Origin: Eledone cirrhosa
Lineage: Eukaryota
NCBI GenBank assembly: GCA_964016885.1
Contig: OZ024740.1
Location: forward strand, 178,622,001 to 178,686,000
Length of the DNA stretch: 64,000 nucleotides
Reading direction: 5' to 3'
Under the pieces are notes generated by a model. That model was not told the origin of the DNA. It did not search any database and was given only the letters and a program-made list of their open reading frames with translations. The position numbers and the translations under genes are program-made. Of the stretch, positions 38,014 through 52,095 are shown piece after piece. Each line of letters begins with the position of its first letter. Within the stretch, counting starts at the first letter, position 1.

Positions 38014-38717
38014 GATACATATCAAATCTGCTTATACGAAGTAAATCGTGTAAATTAACCCCGGCAACATACAAATAAAAATGCCAGAGTGCATGGGTGA
38101 ATATCTGTGGCAAATATCTTATCGCCCTGTTTTTCGCTAATTGGTTATTTGGTTTGCCGTGTATCATTTTCTTCCAATTTAGCGATAATGCTACGGACTA
38201 CTGCACGATTTGTTCCAGTTAATGTTAGTAAGGAAATAAAATTCGTATATATATATGGTTGATAATTGGCTTTACTGCAGAACACTCAGTACAAAGAGAA
38301 AGACGTTTGAAAGCTAATAAGTTTCTGAGGAACGTAAACCTTTCGTAATTGTGTTCTTATGATACAGACCTGTCAGATTTGTGTATAGTAAAACCATGTT
38401 TTTACAAGGGATCCTGCCATAGGATTTCTTGTCGAAAAATAACAATCTATAATGTTGGCTCCATGTAAAAATTCAATAATTCTATAAATCTCGATACCTG
38501 CTAATGTTAGATTGCAAACATATCTTCAGAAGCTGAAATTTATAGATAATAGATAATAATCGGGATATTACGTTTACTTCAATATATGCAGAGCTGCGAA
38601 AAACCACTAATCAAATTAGTACTCGATGGATAATGGGATGCAGAGTTGGTATATTTAGGAAGAATATAATCCGCATAGTGCTCCATGCCACGAGCAGAAA
38701 TCCTAAGATCTCACGGT

Positions 38718-38785
<68 letters not shown>

Positions 38786-39107
38786 TTATGGGTGAATTTG
38801 CATATTCACCCATAAGTTTGAAAAATCCCTAATATATTTCCACTATCCAGAGAATATCCAACCGATAATGTATGATTTTCATGGGTATGTCTCTATTTAT
38901 ACAAACTTTGTATTTTATCCGAGGAAAGCGTACCAACGTGTTTTGGTACCCTTGAAATATCTATAATAAAATAAATATGGTTTCATAAATATAGTGTCCA
39001 TTTATTTAATATCATTGAATATTTACTCCATTAAACTGTTGAGTGCTCTAAATCAGTTATAAACATTTATATTTGTCGGACTTCCAACAAATTAAATACC
39101 TCTTCTA

Positions 39108-39158
<51 letters not shown>

Positions 39159-41057
39159 TATGTATTTATGTTCATACACGGAACAAAAGCGCTACCTAAG
39201 GTTTCACGGTAACATTTTTCCATCTCTCCAAATTGTGAGAGGGATCAAATTTGTGACCTAGTCACCAGGCTCTTGGGCGAGTGTGAAAATATCATTAAAA
39301 AAACAGTGTTAAACGCTTCCTGATGAAAATGTAATATAACAAAAGGAAATAACTCAAGTTGAATTCGTTAGGTGTTTCCACTTAGCAATTGGTTTTGAGA
39401 TGTAGACATCATATAAAATTTTGCACATATATACTCGCATATAGAGATGAGATCTCGAAGCATAGTCGGGCATCGGGCATTATGATCGTATCCTGAGTTG
39501 ATCGATATTGAAACGATTACAATATGCCAATAAAGTTAATATATATACGTTGCAGCATTGACTTCGAACCTACATACGTTTGTGTACACTCTGCACGCTA
39601 CAACCAATTTAACTCTGTAATACAACCAAACACAAGACGGGCCATTGTAACTGCATCGAGTTCTTAAAGGGAGAACCGCCTATAACTGTGGTTAAGCACA
39701 TAACTAACACACACAGGCACACACACACTCATACATATATATACAAACACACACACACACATATATATATATGTGTGTATGTGTGTATATATATATTAGC
39801 CTGCATATTTAAACAAACGTACATATTGAACGTACATATTTATATATGCAGCGAACGTACTTTCTTTTAGATGTGTGTTGATCAAGATGCTGAGATTGAT
39901 TAGATTTTTCTCATGTTTTCTAATAAGTATTTTGCAGCATCTTTAGAAAGGCAAATTCCTAAATCCATATTTAATCAACGTCTTTCTCACACATCGCTCT
40001 CTCTCTCTCGATTTATCTTTTATTGTATACACATATGCATGTATAAATGCATATATGTATATGTGCACATAGATATATAATTCATACATACATGCACATA
40101 CATATATAAACACACACGCATATATATATATGCGTGTACTTATATGAATATATAAATACACATATATGAATCAGAAAAGTCATCGCTAGAACATCCATTA
40201 AAACAGCTAAGTGCTGTCTAAGACAACGATGGGCAAAAATCCCTTGAAGGACAGAAACCAGCAGCCAACGGTAACAGAGACACAACCCACAGGCTGGGTG
40301 CCAAGCAGATGTAACACAAAAAAAGATTGAATGAAGGGGAGGAGAAGGAGAAACGCGTTTGCGCATCGGAATAAACAGAAGGAAAATGGTTTTACATTAT
40401 TTAATTGAGAGTACCATTTTCAAATGCTGGATCGTGCAACAGAAAAATCAATCTTTCTGCTGATATGATGTGTGTATGTGATAAAAGAAACTGCACAGAC
40501 ATGTTCTTCTGTCTGTGCTATTTGAAATATAAGAAATGAGAAGTAATCCAGCTTCCTATCGTGTTGCAAAATGCAGCTTTCTTTATGGTGTGATATACAA
40601 ATCATGTTTTGAACAATTGTCAGCAACCTATAGGCTGTCAGAAGAGATTCATTAAAGTAGTGCCAGGGAGGGTGTCTTTACACGTCAAATGAAGAACTAA
40701 TAGCCAGCATTACTAATACCATTCTATTTCTAACTCGCTTATAGGTATCTCTTTCACACGGATGTTGAAATAACTTCAAGAGAGTATCGAAACTTAGATA
40801 CTGAAATCATTCAATATTGGTACATTTTTATAAAATTCTATACACAACTTTTAAAATATTTGCTTTCGGCGAAGTGCTTTCGTAATGGATAAGGTTTAAA
40901 TACAGTTTTGCTGTGCATCTTTCCTTATTTTTTTCTTCTTTGGAATAACTGATGAGATTTTCTCTCGGCTTAAGGCTATATTAAAACCAGAAATTAAACT
41001 TTCTAAAATTAAATTCCTTAACAGATATTATAAATAATTCTAACGGTTTAAAATTCC

Positions 41058-41059
<2 letters not shown>

Positions 41060-41122
<63 letters not shown>

Positions 41123-41215
41123 CGTGTGTGCTTGTGCGTGTGTCTGTGTGTGTCTGTCTGTGTGTATGTGTATGTATGTGTATGTGTGCGTGTATATATA
41201 TATATATATACACGC

Positions 41216-41246
<31 letters not shown>

Positions 41247-41251
41247 CGCAT

Positions 41252-41307
<56 letters not shown>

Positions 41308-41348
41308 CACACACATACACATATATATATTTATATATGTGTGTGTGT
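41060..41348. repeat. Compound (TA)/(TG)/(CA) microsatellite
   Basis: Direct reading. Confidence 0.9.
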
Positions 41349-41699
41349 TTCTCTATATATTTAAACTGCTATATTTCGTGAAAATATTTTAATTTCGAAA
41401 GTCTTACACATTTCTCTTCCAGTGAAAATAAAATATAACTGAATCATTGCATCTCACGTCTTAATATTTTTGAAAAATTAACTAAATAAACTGCAATCGT
41501 TACATCTACCACTCAACAATATGCTACGTTTAATAACACTTTGAAATTGCATATCTTTTTCTTTAACTTTGTCTTAAAATTTTCTTTAACTTTCTCATTT
41601 CTGTTATAGTTATTTTACTTTGTTGCTTGCTAATACCAACATTATAATTTTCCTTGTTACGCTTAAACGTCTGAAGCCTTTCTCTAGACCGGTTGTTAA

Positions 41700-41910
41700 T
41701 CAGGCCGGTGCTTATCCCGTTTTCCGTGGTGTGAAACAACTGTGAGTACATGACATCCCACTGGACAGGAACCAGTCCATTGCAGTGTTAAATATCCAGC
41801 TGAGTATACTGGAGCAACGTAAAGTGAAGTGTTTTTCTCAAGGCGGCAACTCATAAACCAGCCAAGGAATCGAACCTACGACATTATGATCGTAAGTCCA
41901 GCCTTTAAAC
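41700..41910 (-). mobile_element. SINE S2 copy, diverged
   Basis: GGCCGGTGCTTATCCCG, CTGGACAGG..CCAGTCCAT and CTGGAGCAACGT match 20094-20260; GGAATCGAACC is the reversed B box. Confidence 0.72.
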
Positions 41911-42830
41911 AATACATGATTGTTTGATTAGATATATTTCGTAGACTGTCATTTTGTCTTCCCTTTCCTCTCCTTTATTACTTGTATATTTAGCTTCTTT
42001 TCTGTTTCCAGGCCAAAGTTTCCAAACGTGGGCTCAGTGTGAGTCTCGGGATTTTGTGTAAAGATACTGGATTTCCATGTGAAGATGGCTTTTAAAATAA
42101 TTCAATAAAAAATTACGATATTAAATTTATTTATTTATCTTAAAAAGTATTATATATATTATGTGGAGGACCCCTCTGTCTAAAATAAGATTTGTTTCAT
42201 TTATATTCTCTTTAAATATTAAAATGTTAGGAGTTGTCCATAAAATATAAATATTGTTCCTACGATTTTCTAAAAATTGTATAAGGATACCGAAATAAAA
42301 TAAATATAGCAATCGGCTAAATAGACTATCAACGATAACAAGAGCAACATCAACAACTAAAACTGCAACAACAGAAACAGGAATTAGAAGGTTGAAGAAA
42401 AATAAAAAAAAAGAATAAGAAAAAACATGTGGAAAACCTCACAAGTTCTCACAACATAATACTTTGACAAGATGAGATACACAGAAATATGAAGACAGGA
42501 ACACATTCAACCACAAACACACATACACAGTGACACATACATACACACACATACACTCACGCACACATACAAACACACATACAATAACGTACACACTCGC
42601 GCGCACACGTAAACGTATGGAAATAAAAATAATTGTCCGAACAATCGTTTATGTTGAAGAAATAACACGAGCAAAACATTTAAAAGGAATATAAGTACAT
42701 AATTGAATTAAGTACATAGGAAACTCCTCAGGTATGTAGAGATTAACGATGTACACAAATAGGCCAGTGTTGAAAGGATAATGTAGAAAACATTACGAGA
42801 GAAAAAAATTAGTATTAATAATAATAATAA

Positions 42831-43010
42831 TTGTTTCTACTTTAGGCACAAGGCCAGCAATTATCCAGTGCATTACTGGTACTTTATTTTATCGACCCCG
42901 TAAGGATGAAAGGCAAAGTCAACCTCGGCGGGATTTGAACTCAGATCGTAAAGGGACGTAACTATGCTGGAAAGCATGGCGTCCGACCCTCTACCGATAC
43001 TGCCTATCCA
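42831..43010 (-). mobile_element. SINE S1 copy between (TAA)n tracts
   Basis: Reverse complement of the 17663/18159 SINE. Confidence 0.82.
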
Positions 43011-43028
43011 AATAATAATAATAATAAT

Positions 43029-46000
43029 ACACCGGAGGTGATGAAATCACCGGTGGTTATGTAACCATACATTCGCCAATCCTCGATAAGAGTGTTTAAA
43101 TGTCGAACCTAAACAGTTCGAATAACGGTGAAATGGAGACTAGAATGTCATGTGACAGACTCTCACCCAACAGGTGCTCCCTGGCTCAACAGCAGGGACC
43201 TGGCTCTCAACCAAATACTGCTGGTGTCGGAGGAAGAAGAAGAAGGAAAGGGACAAGAACCAACTGGACGAAAGAATTGAATAGAACTGTTATGCAATGT
43301 TACCTGAAGAGTAACCCCAAGGAGAAAGGCTATAGGAAACGGATGCATAACATCTGGAACGAGATCGGTCTATTTAAATTAGATGAACAAAAATAGGCCG
43401 GGCAGGCTCGGGTAATAAAAACTAATGGGTGGATAAGCGAGCTGGAACTGGAGGAACTGAGCAGAGAGATTAGCTTGGAGATGGAGAGTAGAGTATGCCA
43501 GGCAAACGATCCAGTGGGAAATGAAGGTGAAGAGGTTGAGAGAACGGAGGAACCATCCGAAGCAGACAATGATCTGAATGCTGAGATAAATAATACCTGG
43601 AACAGAGATACGGCCACTGAGGAGATGAATACTGATGGGCTAGGAGAAGATTTGGTTGATATACTAAACTAAGTGGTAGATGAATTGAACAATGATAGTG
43701 GGAGACCTATGAACCTAAGATTTGTAGACAGGAACAAGTTAAAAGAAACAACAGCTACGGTAAACAAAGTCATCCCATACCTTGAGGCGAGGAGCCTTCA
43801 CCAGTGCAACAATATCCTCAAAGCAACAGCAAATACGGTGAGGAAACTACTTGGTATAAAAGGGAGAGGAAACAACATACAAGAAAGAGCAGAGCCTTGG
43901 TGGAAGAAATGACTGAGTGGTCAAATCGGGGAAATGAGAAATGACATTGGAAAGCTTGAGTCCCTACTGAATGGGACACTAAAAAACATAGACACTAAAA
44001 ATAGACTGGAAATAAAGTACAAAACTAGGAGGAAAAAGCTAAATATTATCATAGAGGAACTGAAGCAATGCATTGTAGCAAAGAGTGCAAAAATCAGGCG
44101 ATACGAGAACAGAGTCAGTCAGTATAGACAGAACCGCATGTTCAACAACAACCAGAAGATGCTGTTTGGACAGCTTGAAGGGAAAGAAAGAGGCAACGAC
44201 TTGATCCCTGAGGCGGAACAAACTAAAACATTCTGGAGAGGAATATGGGAGCAAGATGTTAAACATAATGACCAGGCAGTGTGGTTTGAGACAGTACAGA
44301 AGGAGATTAGTGAACAGGCACACCAACAAACTGATTTGAGTATTACAGTTGAAACTCTTAAGAGGCAGGCCAAAAAACTAACCAACTGGAAGTCACCAGG
44401 CCCAGATGGTGTGCAGGGGTATTGGATTAAAAATATAACATCCCTCCACACGAAACTGACAACCATGTTCAATGACTGCTTGATGTCAGGTGAGGTAACA
44501 GAGTGGTTGACAAAAGGTACCACAGTTCTGATAATGAAAGACCGAATCAAGGGTAATGATGTTACCAACTATAGACCTATCACATGTCTGTCTGTAATGT
44601 GGAAACTGGTGACAAGCTTTATGTCTGAGGAAATATACCATCACCTCCACACAAACAACTTGTTACCGGACGAACAGAAAGGATGCCGAAAGAAATCACC
44701 TGGTACAAAGGACCAGTTACTTATTGATAAGATGGTAATGAGGAATTGCAAGAGGAGACACACTGGTCTTGCCATGGGATGGATAGACTACAAAAAGGCA
44801 TTTGACATGGTGCCTCATACTTGGATCACCAAAAGCCTGGAGATCTTCAAGGTGGCAGATAACATCAGATAGTTGTTGGGCAAAAGTATGAAGTCCTGGG
44901 AAACAGAGTTAACATCAACTGGAGAATCCTTGGGAATCGTGAAGATCAAGAGAGGTAACTTCCAGGGAGATAGTCTGTCCCCTCTGTTGTTTGTCCTTTC
45001 CCTGATGCCCCTGACCAGTGTACTGCGAAAAGTGAGAGCAGGATACAGGTTGGGAAAGGGAGGGCTTACCATCAATCACCTCCTCTTCATGGACGATCTT
45101 AAGCTCTTCGGGAAGAGTGAGAAGTAGTTGGATGTGCTTGTTGACACTGTCCGTATTTTCAGCAATGATATATGTATGCAATTTGGAATTAGTAAGTGTG
45201 GAGTCATTGTGATGAAGATGGGTAAGTTCAGCAGAAGTAACGGAATCCAGGTACCAACAGGTGAGATGATAAAGGAAATTGACTCTGAAGAAGGATACAG
45301 TAAATTCCCGAGCTGTGTCTATTATTAGGTACAGTGCTGGAATTCTGAGATGGAATGTTGCTGAACAAAAAGAAATGGATAGGAAGACTAGGAAGCTATT
45401 GACTATCTACAACCTGTTCCACAAAAGGAGTGATGTCGATAGACTCTACTTAAGGAGATCTGAAGGTGGAAGAGGTCTTATCAGCATAGAGGACTGTGTT
45501 CAGATGGAGAAAAACAACCTACACAAATACGTGACTGATAGTAGGGAGCCAATGCTCAGAACTGTACTGAAGGAGGGGACAATAGGCCAGGGGATGTCCA
45601 AGGAGGAAATAACATCAAGGAGAAAGAGCAGCCTTCAGGAAATATCCCTTCATAGTACCTTCTTTGAGAAAACTGAATTTAGAAATCCACAGGCATGAAA
45701 CTGGTTGAAAAGAGGAGACCTTAAAAAGGCTACAGAAGGAATGTTAATGGCTGCGCAGGAGCAGGCCCTCAAGACGAAGTGGTTGAAACACCATATTCAC
45801 AAGGAGGAGGCTAGCCCACTGTGCAGGATCTGTGGAGAGAGAGAGGAGACTGTGGCTCACATTGTATCCGAGTGTAAACATTTAGCCCAGTCTCACTATA
45901 AGGGCTGGAAACATGATGTGATGGGCAGGGTGATCCACAGGCACCTATGCAAAGTAAACAATTTACCACATTCTGAGAAGTGGTATGAGCATAAGCCAGA

Positions 46001-46470
46001 GGCGGTGATAGAAAACGATCAGGTGAAGGTGCTGTGGGATTTTAGGATACAGACGGACAAGAAACTGGAACACAATAGACCTGACCTGGTGGTTGTAAAC
46101 AAAGAAAAAAGATCGTGCCTGATTGTGGATGTGGCCTGCCCATTCGACACGAGAGTGCAAGAGAAGGAGAGGTAAAAAATTAACCGATACCAGGACTTAA
46201 AGTGGGAGGTAAAAAGGATTTGGAACTGCCATGAAGTCAAAGTGATCCCGATTGTCATAGGCGCACTAGGGACTATCTCAAAAAGTTTCCAGGGATGGTT
46301 AAAGAAAATTGGCCCCTTCACGCTTTTTGGAACGCTTCAAAAGGCATGCTTGCTGGGAACAGCAAGAACACTCCGATACGTCTTGAATATCTGAGGCTGC
46401 AGGTAGTGGCTTGATATTCAATTTAACAAACTTTCCAGTTAACTAACATCAATGACTGAGACTCAAAGAG
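43029..46470 (+). mobile_element. R4/Dong-type element family D2, full-length but degenerate
   Basis: R4-type N-terminus (WTKELN..VMQCY...GYRKRM..IW), RT and RLE fragments separated by stops, an internal deletion near 45300, (TAA)n on both sides. Confidence 0.9.
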
Positions 46471-46495
46471 TAATAACAATAATAATAATAATAAT

Positions 46496-49400
46496 GATTT
46501 CTTTATTGGCGACAAGGCCTGACATCATGAAAAACATCACAGACGGAACAGAACGGTACGATGTGGGTTTTGTGCGTGTAAATATTTTTATTATTTATAT
46601 AAGAAAAGAAAAAAGACATAAAACATATATATATATAAACAATAAAATGAAAATTGAAACAATGAAAATTCCCCAATAGGGCGAAAACCACACAAAATAC
46701 CACGGCCACCCTGGCAACCAGGGCAAGAGCCCTCTCTCAATTTTTCCATCTCTCAAACTACAGACGTATATTCAGAGTGGTCCCGTTCACTCGGACCATT
46801 ATCGCTACATTCACCCACCTTTCAACAAACTTGCTAGAAGGCAGCACTTGCTTCTCCACCCTGATTTTCCTCTTCAAGTGAAACTTGAAAAAGTTAATTA
46901 GGGATTCGCCGAAGAAGAAAGTGTTTGTCTTTAATCCTTTTAACCTTGTCCACCACACAATCTCTTTCACCATGGCCACCAGGCAGATGAAAACCGCCTG
47001 CCCTTCCTCCTCAAAGGAAGACGGCGAGACCATCTGCACAATGGACTCAGTCAACAACCGGTCAGTCCCACACGTGACAGCAACTGTTCGACATAGCTCC
47101 ACAAGTCAGCAATGCTCGGGCACTGAACGAGTGCGTGCACAACGGTTTCATCGCTATGCGCGCATCTCGGATAGGCTCGGCTGAAGGCACTTCCGTGCCT
47201 GTAGATCTTATCGCGAACCGGCAGCGCTCCCCGGTAGCACTGCCAGGCCAGGTATTTTTAGAAGTTATCCATAGTCCCCGGGCTGAAAGTTCTCCGAAAG
47301 AGAGCAAACAGCTGATCTTCTTCGACGCCCAGGATCTCTCCGAGAATGTCGTCGCTCTTCCCCTCCACTAGTCCTCTATAGAACGCCGAGGTGGATGTTC
47401 CACCGATACTGGTTCCCAACTGGGAGAGGGCAGTGAGCGCCTGGAGACATTCCAGTTTCCAAGAGCTATCCCTCGGTCTTTTTCTCACCCAGGACTGCAG
47501 CTCCGTCAAGGAGACGAGCTGTGGCAAAATGTGCCTGGCGAACGGCGACCACACTCGTTCACCATCAAGGAAGCACCAGAGATGTCGCAGCCTCAGCGCA
47601 TGTTTGCGCATCATCAGCCATGGCATGCCCAGTCCTCCACGCAACGGGTGTTGACAGCAGATGGATCGTCTGACCATGGGAGCGCGTCCCTTCCACAAAA
47701 AGCGGAAGAGGAGGCGCTCCATTTTGGTGAGAGTTGGGCTGGAGCAAGGGACGATGGTGAAGCGGTAGCAGATGACGGATGCGATGTACGCATTCGCCAC
47801 TTCCGCCCGGCCTTTCAGGGACAGCTTCCTCTCAGCCCATTTCTGGGTGAGGGAGGCCAACCTGCTCGTCACCTCGTTCCAGTTTTTCTCCATCTGGAGG
47901 TCCTGTCCGAACCAGACCCCGAGCAATTTAACCGGTCCGTCTGTCCATCGCCCCACGACGCTGTCGGACGGCATGGACTTGCCTCTCCAGGTGCCTAGCT
48001 GCAAGCCCACCGACTTTTCCTGGTTTATCTTTGCTCCTGTCACCGCTTCGTATTCCTTGAGAGCGGTGCCGAGCATCTGGACGTGTCTGGTGCTCGGCAC
48101 CACCACGGTGACGTCGTCAGCGTAAGCCGACTCGGATTTCCCACATCCTAGTTCGCGTGGGACACCCCTCATCGCCCCCAGTTTGTGCAGTAACGGCTCG
48201 AGAGCCAATACGTACAAGTGGGTCGAGAGGGGACAACCCTGGCGGACTGAGCGCATGATGCTGAACGGCTGCGACAGGTGACCGTTCACCCTCACAACTG
48301 AGCAGATGTCGCTGTACATTGCTGCGACCCAACGCCTGAAAACGGGCCCGAAACCGGCTGCCTCGAGGACCGCCGCCAGGTACCGATGGTCGACCCTATC
48401 GAATGCTTTGGATTGATCCAAGTTGATCAGGGCTCCACCCTTGCCAGGTTCGTTAACCACCCTCTCTATGATGTATCGCATGAGGTGGAGGTTGTCGTGT
48501 ATGGATTTGTCCGGAATGGCGCATGTCTGCGCCTCTCCTACCAGACCCTTGACGACAAGCGCCAACCTCGTTGCTAACACCTTCGCCAAAATCTTGAACT
48601 CTGTGTTTAGCAGGGTTATGGGCCTGAAATTATCAATAACATCCCCCTTGTTCGGGTCTTTTCTCAGCAGCACCACTGCTCCCCGGCTCACAAAACTGGG
48701 AATGCTCCCGTTCTGCTGCTAGTTGCAGTAGACGTCTGCCAAGAGGTCACCGAACAAGTCTGGCATAAATGCATAAAGCTCGTAGGGCAGACCATCTAAT
48801 CCTGGCGATTTACCTCTTGTGCAGTTAGCCATCGCTTCCCGTATTTCACCGGCTGTTATTGGCTTTTCGCAACACTGTGTTGCGGTCGTCGAGAGCCGAG
48901 GCAGTCCGTCGAGGTATGCACTGAAGTCCATGCCCCGATCCGGGCCGCCGCCGCTCCCAATCAGTTCAGCAAAGTGCTGCTGAAAAGCTTCACACATCCA
49001 CTCGGGTTCGAGCATCACACCCGTTTTGGTCAGACAAAGACCGAATTGTGGCTTTATTGCCACGTCGCGCCTCTGCCACCCGAGCCCATTGGACGGCTTT
49101 TGTCCCCTCGTGTTTCAGAGCACGCGCTCTAGCTCTGACAACGCAGCCTTCGTGTTTTGCGTTGAAGAATTGGTCGAGTGCCAATCTCGCCGCAAGCACG
49201 TCGGTTGCGATGCCTGTCCTAAGCGCCTCTTCTAGCTTTCTGACTAGCTCTCCCTCTACTCTATTTTCCTCTATCACTACTCCTTTGCTAAACTTAATCG
49301 ACTCTACTTTAATTGCCCTTATCAGGGCGAATCACCACCTGTTGTTGACGACCGCTCCCGTCAACGCCTGCTTAACTAATACGCTAATCCGGTCTCTGTA

Positions 49401-52031
49401 GGCCTTGCGCGCCGGGAAAGACGCGTTCAGCTTCCACTAACCAGGCTCTTGTCTATGAAGTCTGTCTATGTCGATCTCACAGATCACAAATTTGTGGTCT
49501 GTGTAGTCGACTATTTTAAATTGTGGACAACTTATACTAGCCTTATCTAGTTTCCTGCAGAATACCCTATCGAGATACGATCTGGATGACTCGATGCGGT
49601 TTGTCCATGTCCACATTGGCACATTCAGGTGATCCAGTCGATACCTGTCAGACAGTTCAAAATGTCTGAGCAGGTTGGTGAGGCTCTTGCACCCTCCTCC
49701 CCTATCCACTAGCCCCACACGATCTCAGCGTGCATCCAAGATACCGTTCCAGTCGCCCACTAACACTAAAGAGCGGGACGTCTGAAGAAATCTGGCCGTC
49801 ATGCCCCTGTTGGGGCGTAGACGGCTACTAGCCTGAAAGGATTGCCTTCGCTGCCGGTCACGTCCAGCACCACCGACTTACCTTCTGGGTCCAGGAAGAT
49901 GGCCCGTATCGCGAGATCCAAGCCTCTCCGAAAAAGGACGGCAACGCCTCCCCCCGATCCTGGACGGCTGGGAGATGTTGGTGGGATGTAGTAGTTTTTT
50001 TCCGTGATGTCTGTGTGCTGCTTTATATATTTTATGAGTTCTTTTTTTGCTATGTTTATGGCTGTGTACTTTTTGGGGGGAGGGGTGATTTTGTTGCCGT
50101 TTTCTTCTTCTTGCTGTTTGGTGTGTGTCTTGTTGTGTTTGCGTTGTTGGTGTTTGTGGTGGTGTTGCTGCAAGTTTCCTTGCTGCCTTTACCCCTCTTT
50201 GTATGCCTTCGCTTTTGGAGGGTGAATCTAAGGTTTTTTTTTGTTTTTTGTTTTTTGTGGCAGACTGTTTGCCACGTCACTCCCGCCTCAAACTCCATGT
50301 CGGATTCTGTGGCGTCTGGGAGGGGTATGTGCTCCACGGCTGTTGGTGGTGGTAGTGGAGCCCTCTTCGGCAATTTTGTTGCAGTTGTAGCTATTTCAAA
50401 TGTAGCTATTGGTGTTCCCGCTACTGATGATGCTGCTTTAGTTATCCGTGGCCTTGGTACGGGTGCTACGGACGTTGCCCTCCTACTCACCGTGGAAGGG
50501 GCTTCTTCGTTTGTTGCCTGTCCTGCTCTTGGTAGCAGCGGACCAGGTATTGGAAGGAGAGTGGCCCTCTTCGGTGTCTTCTGCGGGCAAAAGGCCCTGA
50601 GGTGACCTTTCGACCCACAGAGATAACATTTTGGCCGTCTTCCTTCTACACTTATAGGGAGTTGGAGTCCTTCCTCGAAGTCTATGATATCTGGGATAGC
50701 CTCGATACATTCCTGGTCAGTTTGTATAAGCATTTGCATGCCTATACCTTACCAGTTCTCTCTCCCTATTTTTTCTACTTGCAGCATGGTCGCCCTATTC
50801 TCAATTCCAGCAAGGACAGACGCGGCCAGCCAAGGTATGGGCACGTCGGGTGGGACCTGGGTCACTTTGACCCTCACAATTTTCTGCCCTCAGCAGGAGG
50901 GCACCAAGACTAACTCCTCACTCTTTAGGGTTTCCAAAGAGTGAGACTTTGCTTCCTGGGGTTGGAGAAAAGTACGTCTACTGTGGCGTACTTTCTGCCA
51001 CGGGTGATGTGGGTTTTGCGTGCCCAGTCGCACCCCAAGGCCTTTTGGATTTGAGCCTCCGTGGCTCTCTCCACTCGAATTGAGATTTTGCTTACGGCGC
51101 GGTAAGTCACCGTCCGTAGCTGCTGGTCCTTGAAAAAATCGGGTGGAGGTTTCAGGGAAACTCTATTTCCGCTTCTTGTCACCGTGGCCCTTGCGACTGC
51201 CATCTCCTCCTCTGTGACTAACACTGTCTCGATATTTCGGGCGACACCTGCAAAAGAAGTGGTCCCTTTTTCAGCAGCACCACTATTGCTGTCGCTACTG
51301 GTCTTACTGGTGGTGCTGAGGTCGCTATTACAGGTATCGGTGTCATTGTTGTTCTTTTCGCTGGTACAGTTGTTGGTGTTGTTTTCGTTGATACTGTTGC
51401 TGCTGTTACTGTTATTGTGGCTGTTGTTATTATTGTTGTTTTTGTTGATACTGTTCCTACTATTATTGTTGTTGTGGCTGTTGTTATTGTCATTGTTATT
51501 GTCGTTCTCGACTTTACCGCTGTTACTTTTGTTATTGTCGTTCTCAACTTTACCGCTGTTATTTTTGTTATTGTCGTTCTCGACTTTACCGCTGTTATTT
51601 TTGGTGTTGTTGTTGGTGATGTTGTTGGTGTTATTGTTGGTGTTGTTTGTGTTAGAAATATATGGTAATTTTAAATCTGTAGCAATCTTTTTTTCCTTTG
51701 TAAATTTTTCGTTTCTATTTACCTCCGCTGGAACGCTGTCTTGTTGACATGCTGATAAGGTCTCCCTCTCTCTGTGTTGTCTGACAGCGCTCTCTCTCTT
51801 TTTTGTGTTATCCATGTTGAAATTTTCCAAAAAAATATTTTTACACAAATACGAATATGACACCCCGTAAAGGGGTGCCGTATTATTTACTAGTGAATAC
51901 CTGTATTAGGTGGGTCACTTATTTTATCAAATTCTTTTATCAAATTTAAAACTTGAATAAAAGGTTTAGAACGGTTGAAAAAGAGGTAAAACGTTGAAAA
52001 AGACTGGAGGCGATAAGAAGCGTGGTTCACC
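46496..52031 (-). mobile_element. Tx1/L1-clade element family T2, near full-length, degenerate
   Basis: ORF1 pieces (50925..51863, 50056..50739 with CYLCGSKGHLRAFC) and ORF2 pieces homologous to T1. Internal deletion at about 49977 removes the ORF1/ORF2 boundary. (TAA)n on both sides. Confidence 0.9.
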
Positions 52032-52037
52032 AACAAC

Positions 52038-52094
<57 letters not shown>
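52032..52094. repeat. (AAC/AAT)n tract between head-to-head T2 and D2
   Basis: Direct reading. Confidence 0.93.

Positions 52095-52095
<1 letters not shown>

Noticed and set aside
39318-39360. CTGATGA...GAAA match
   Set aside because: No stems I, II or III could be paired.
40180-40335. Possible Tc1/mariner C-terminal remnant (SIKTAKCCLRQRWAKIP)
   Set aside because: Too short and degenerate; no TIR identified.
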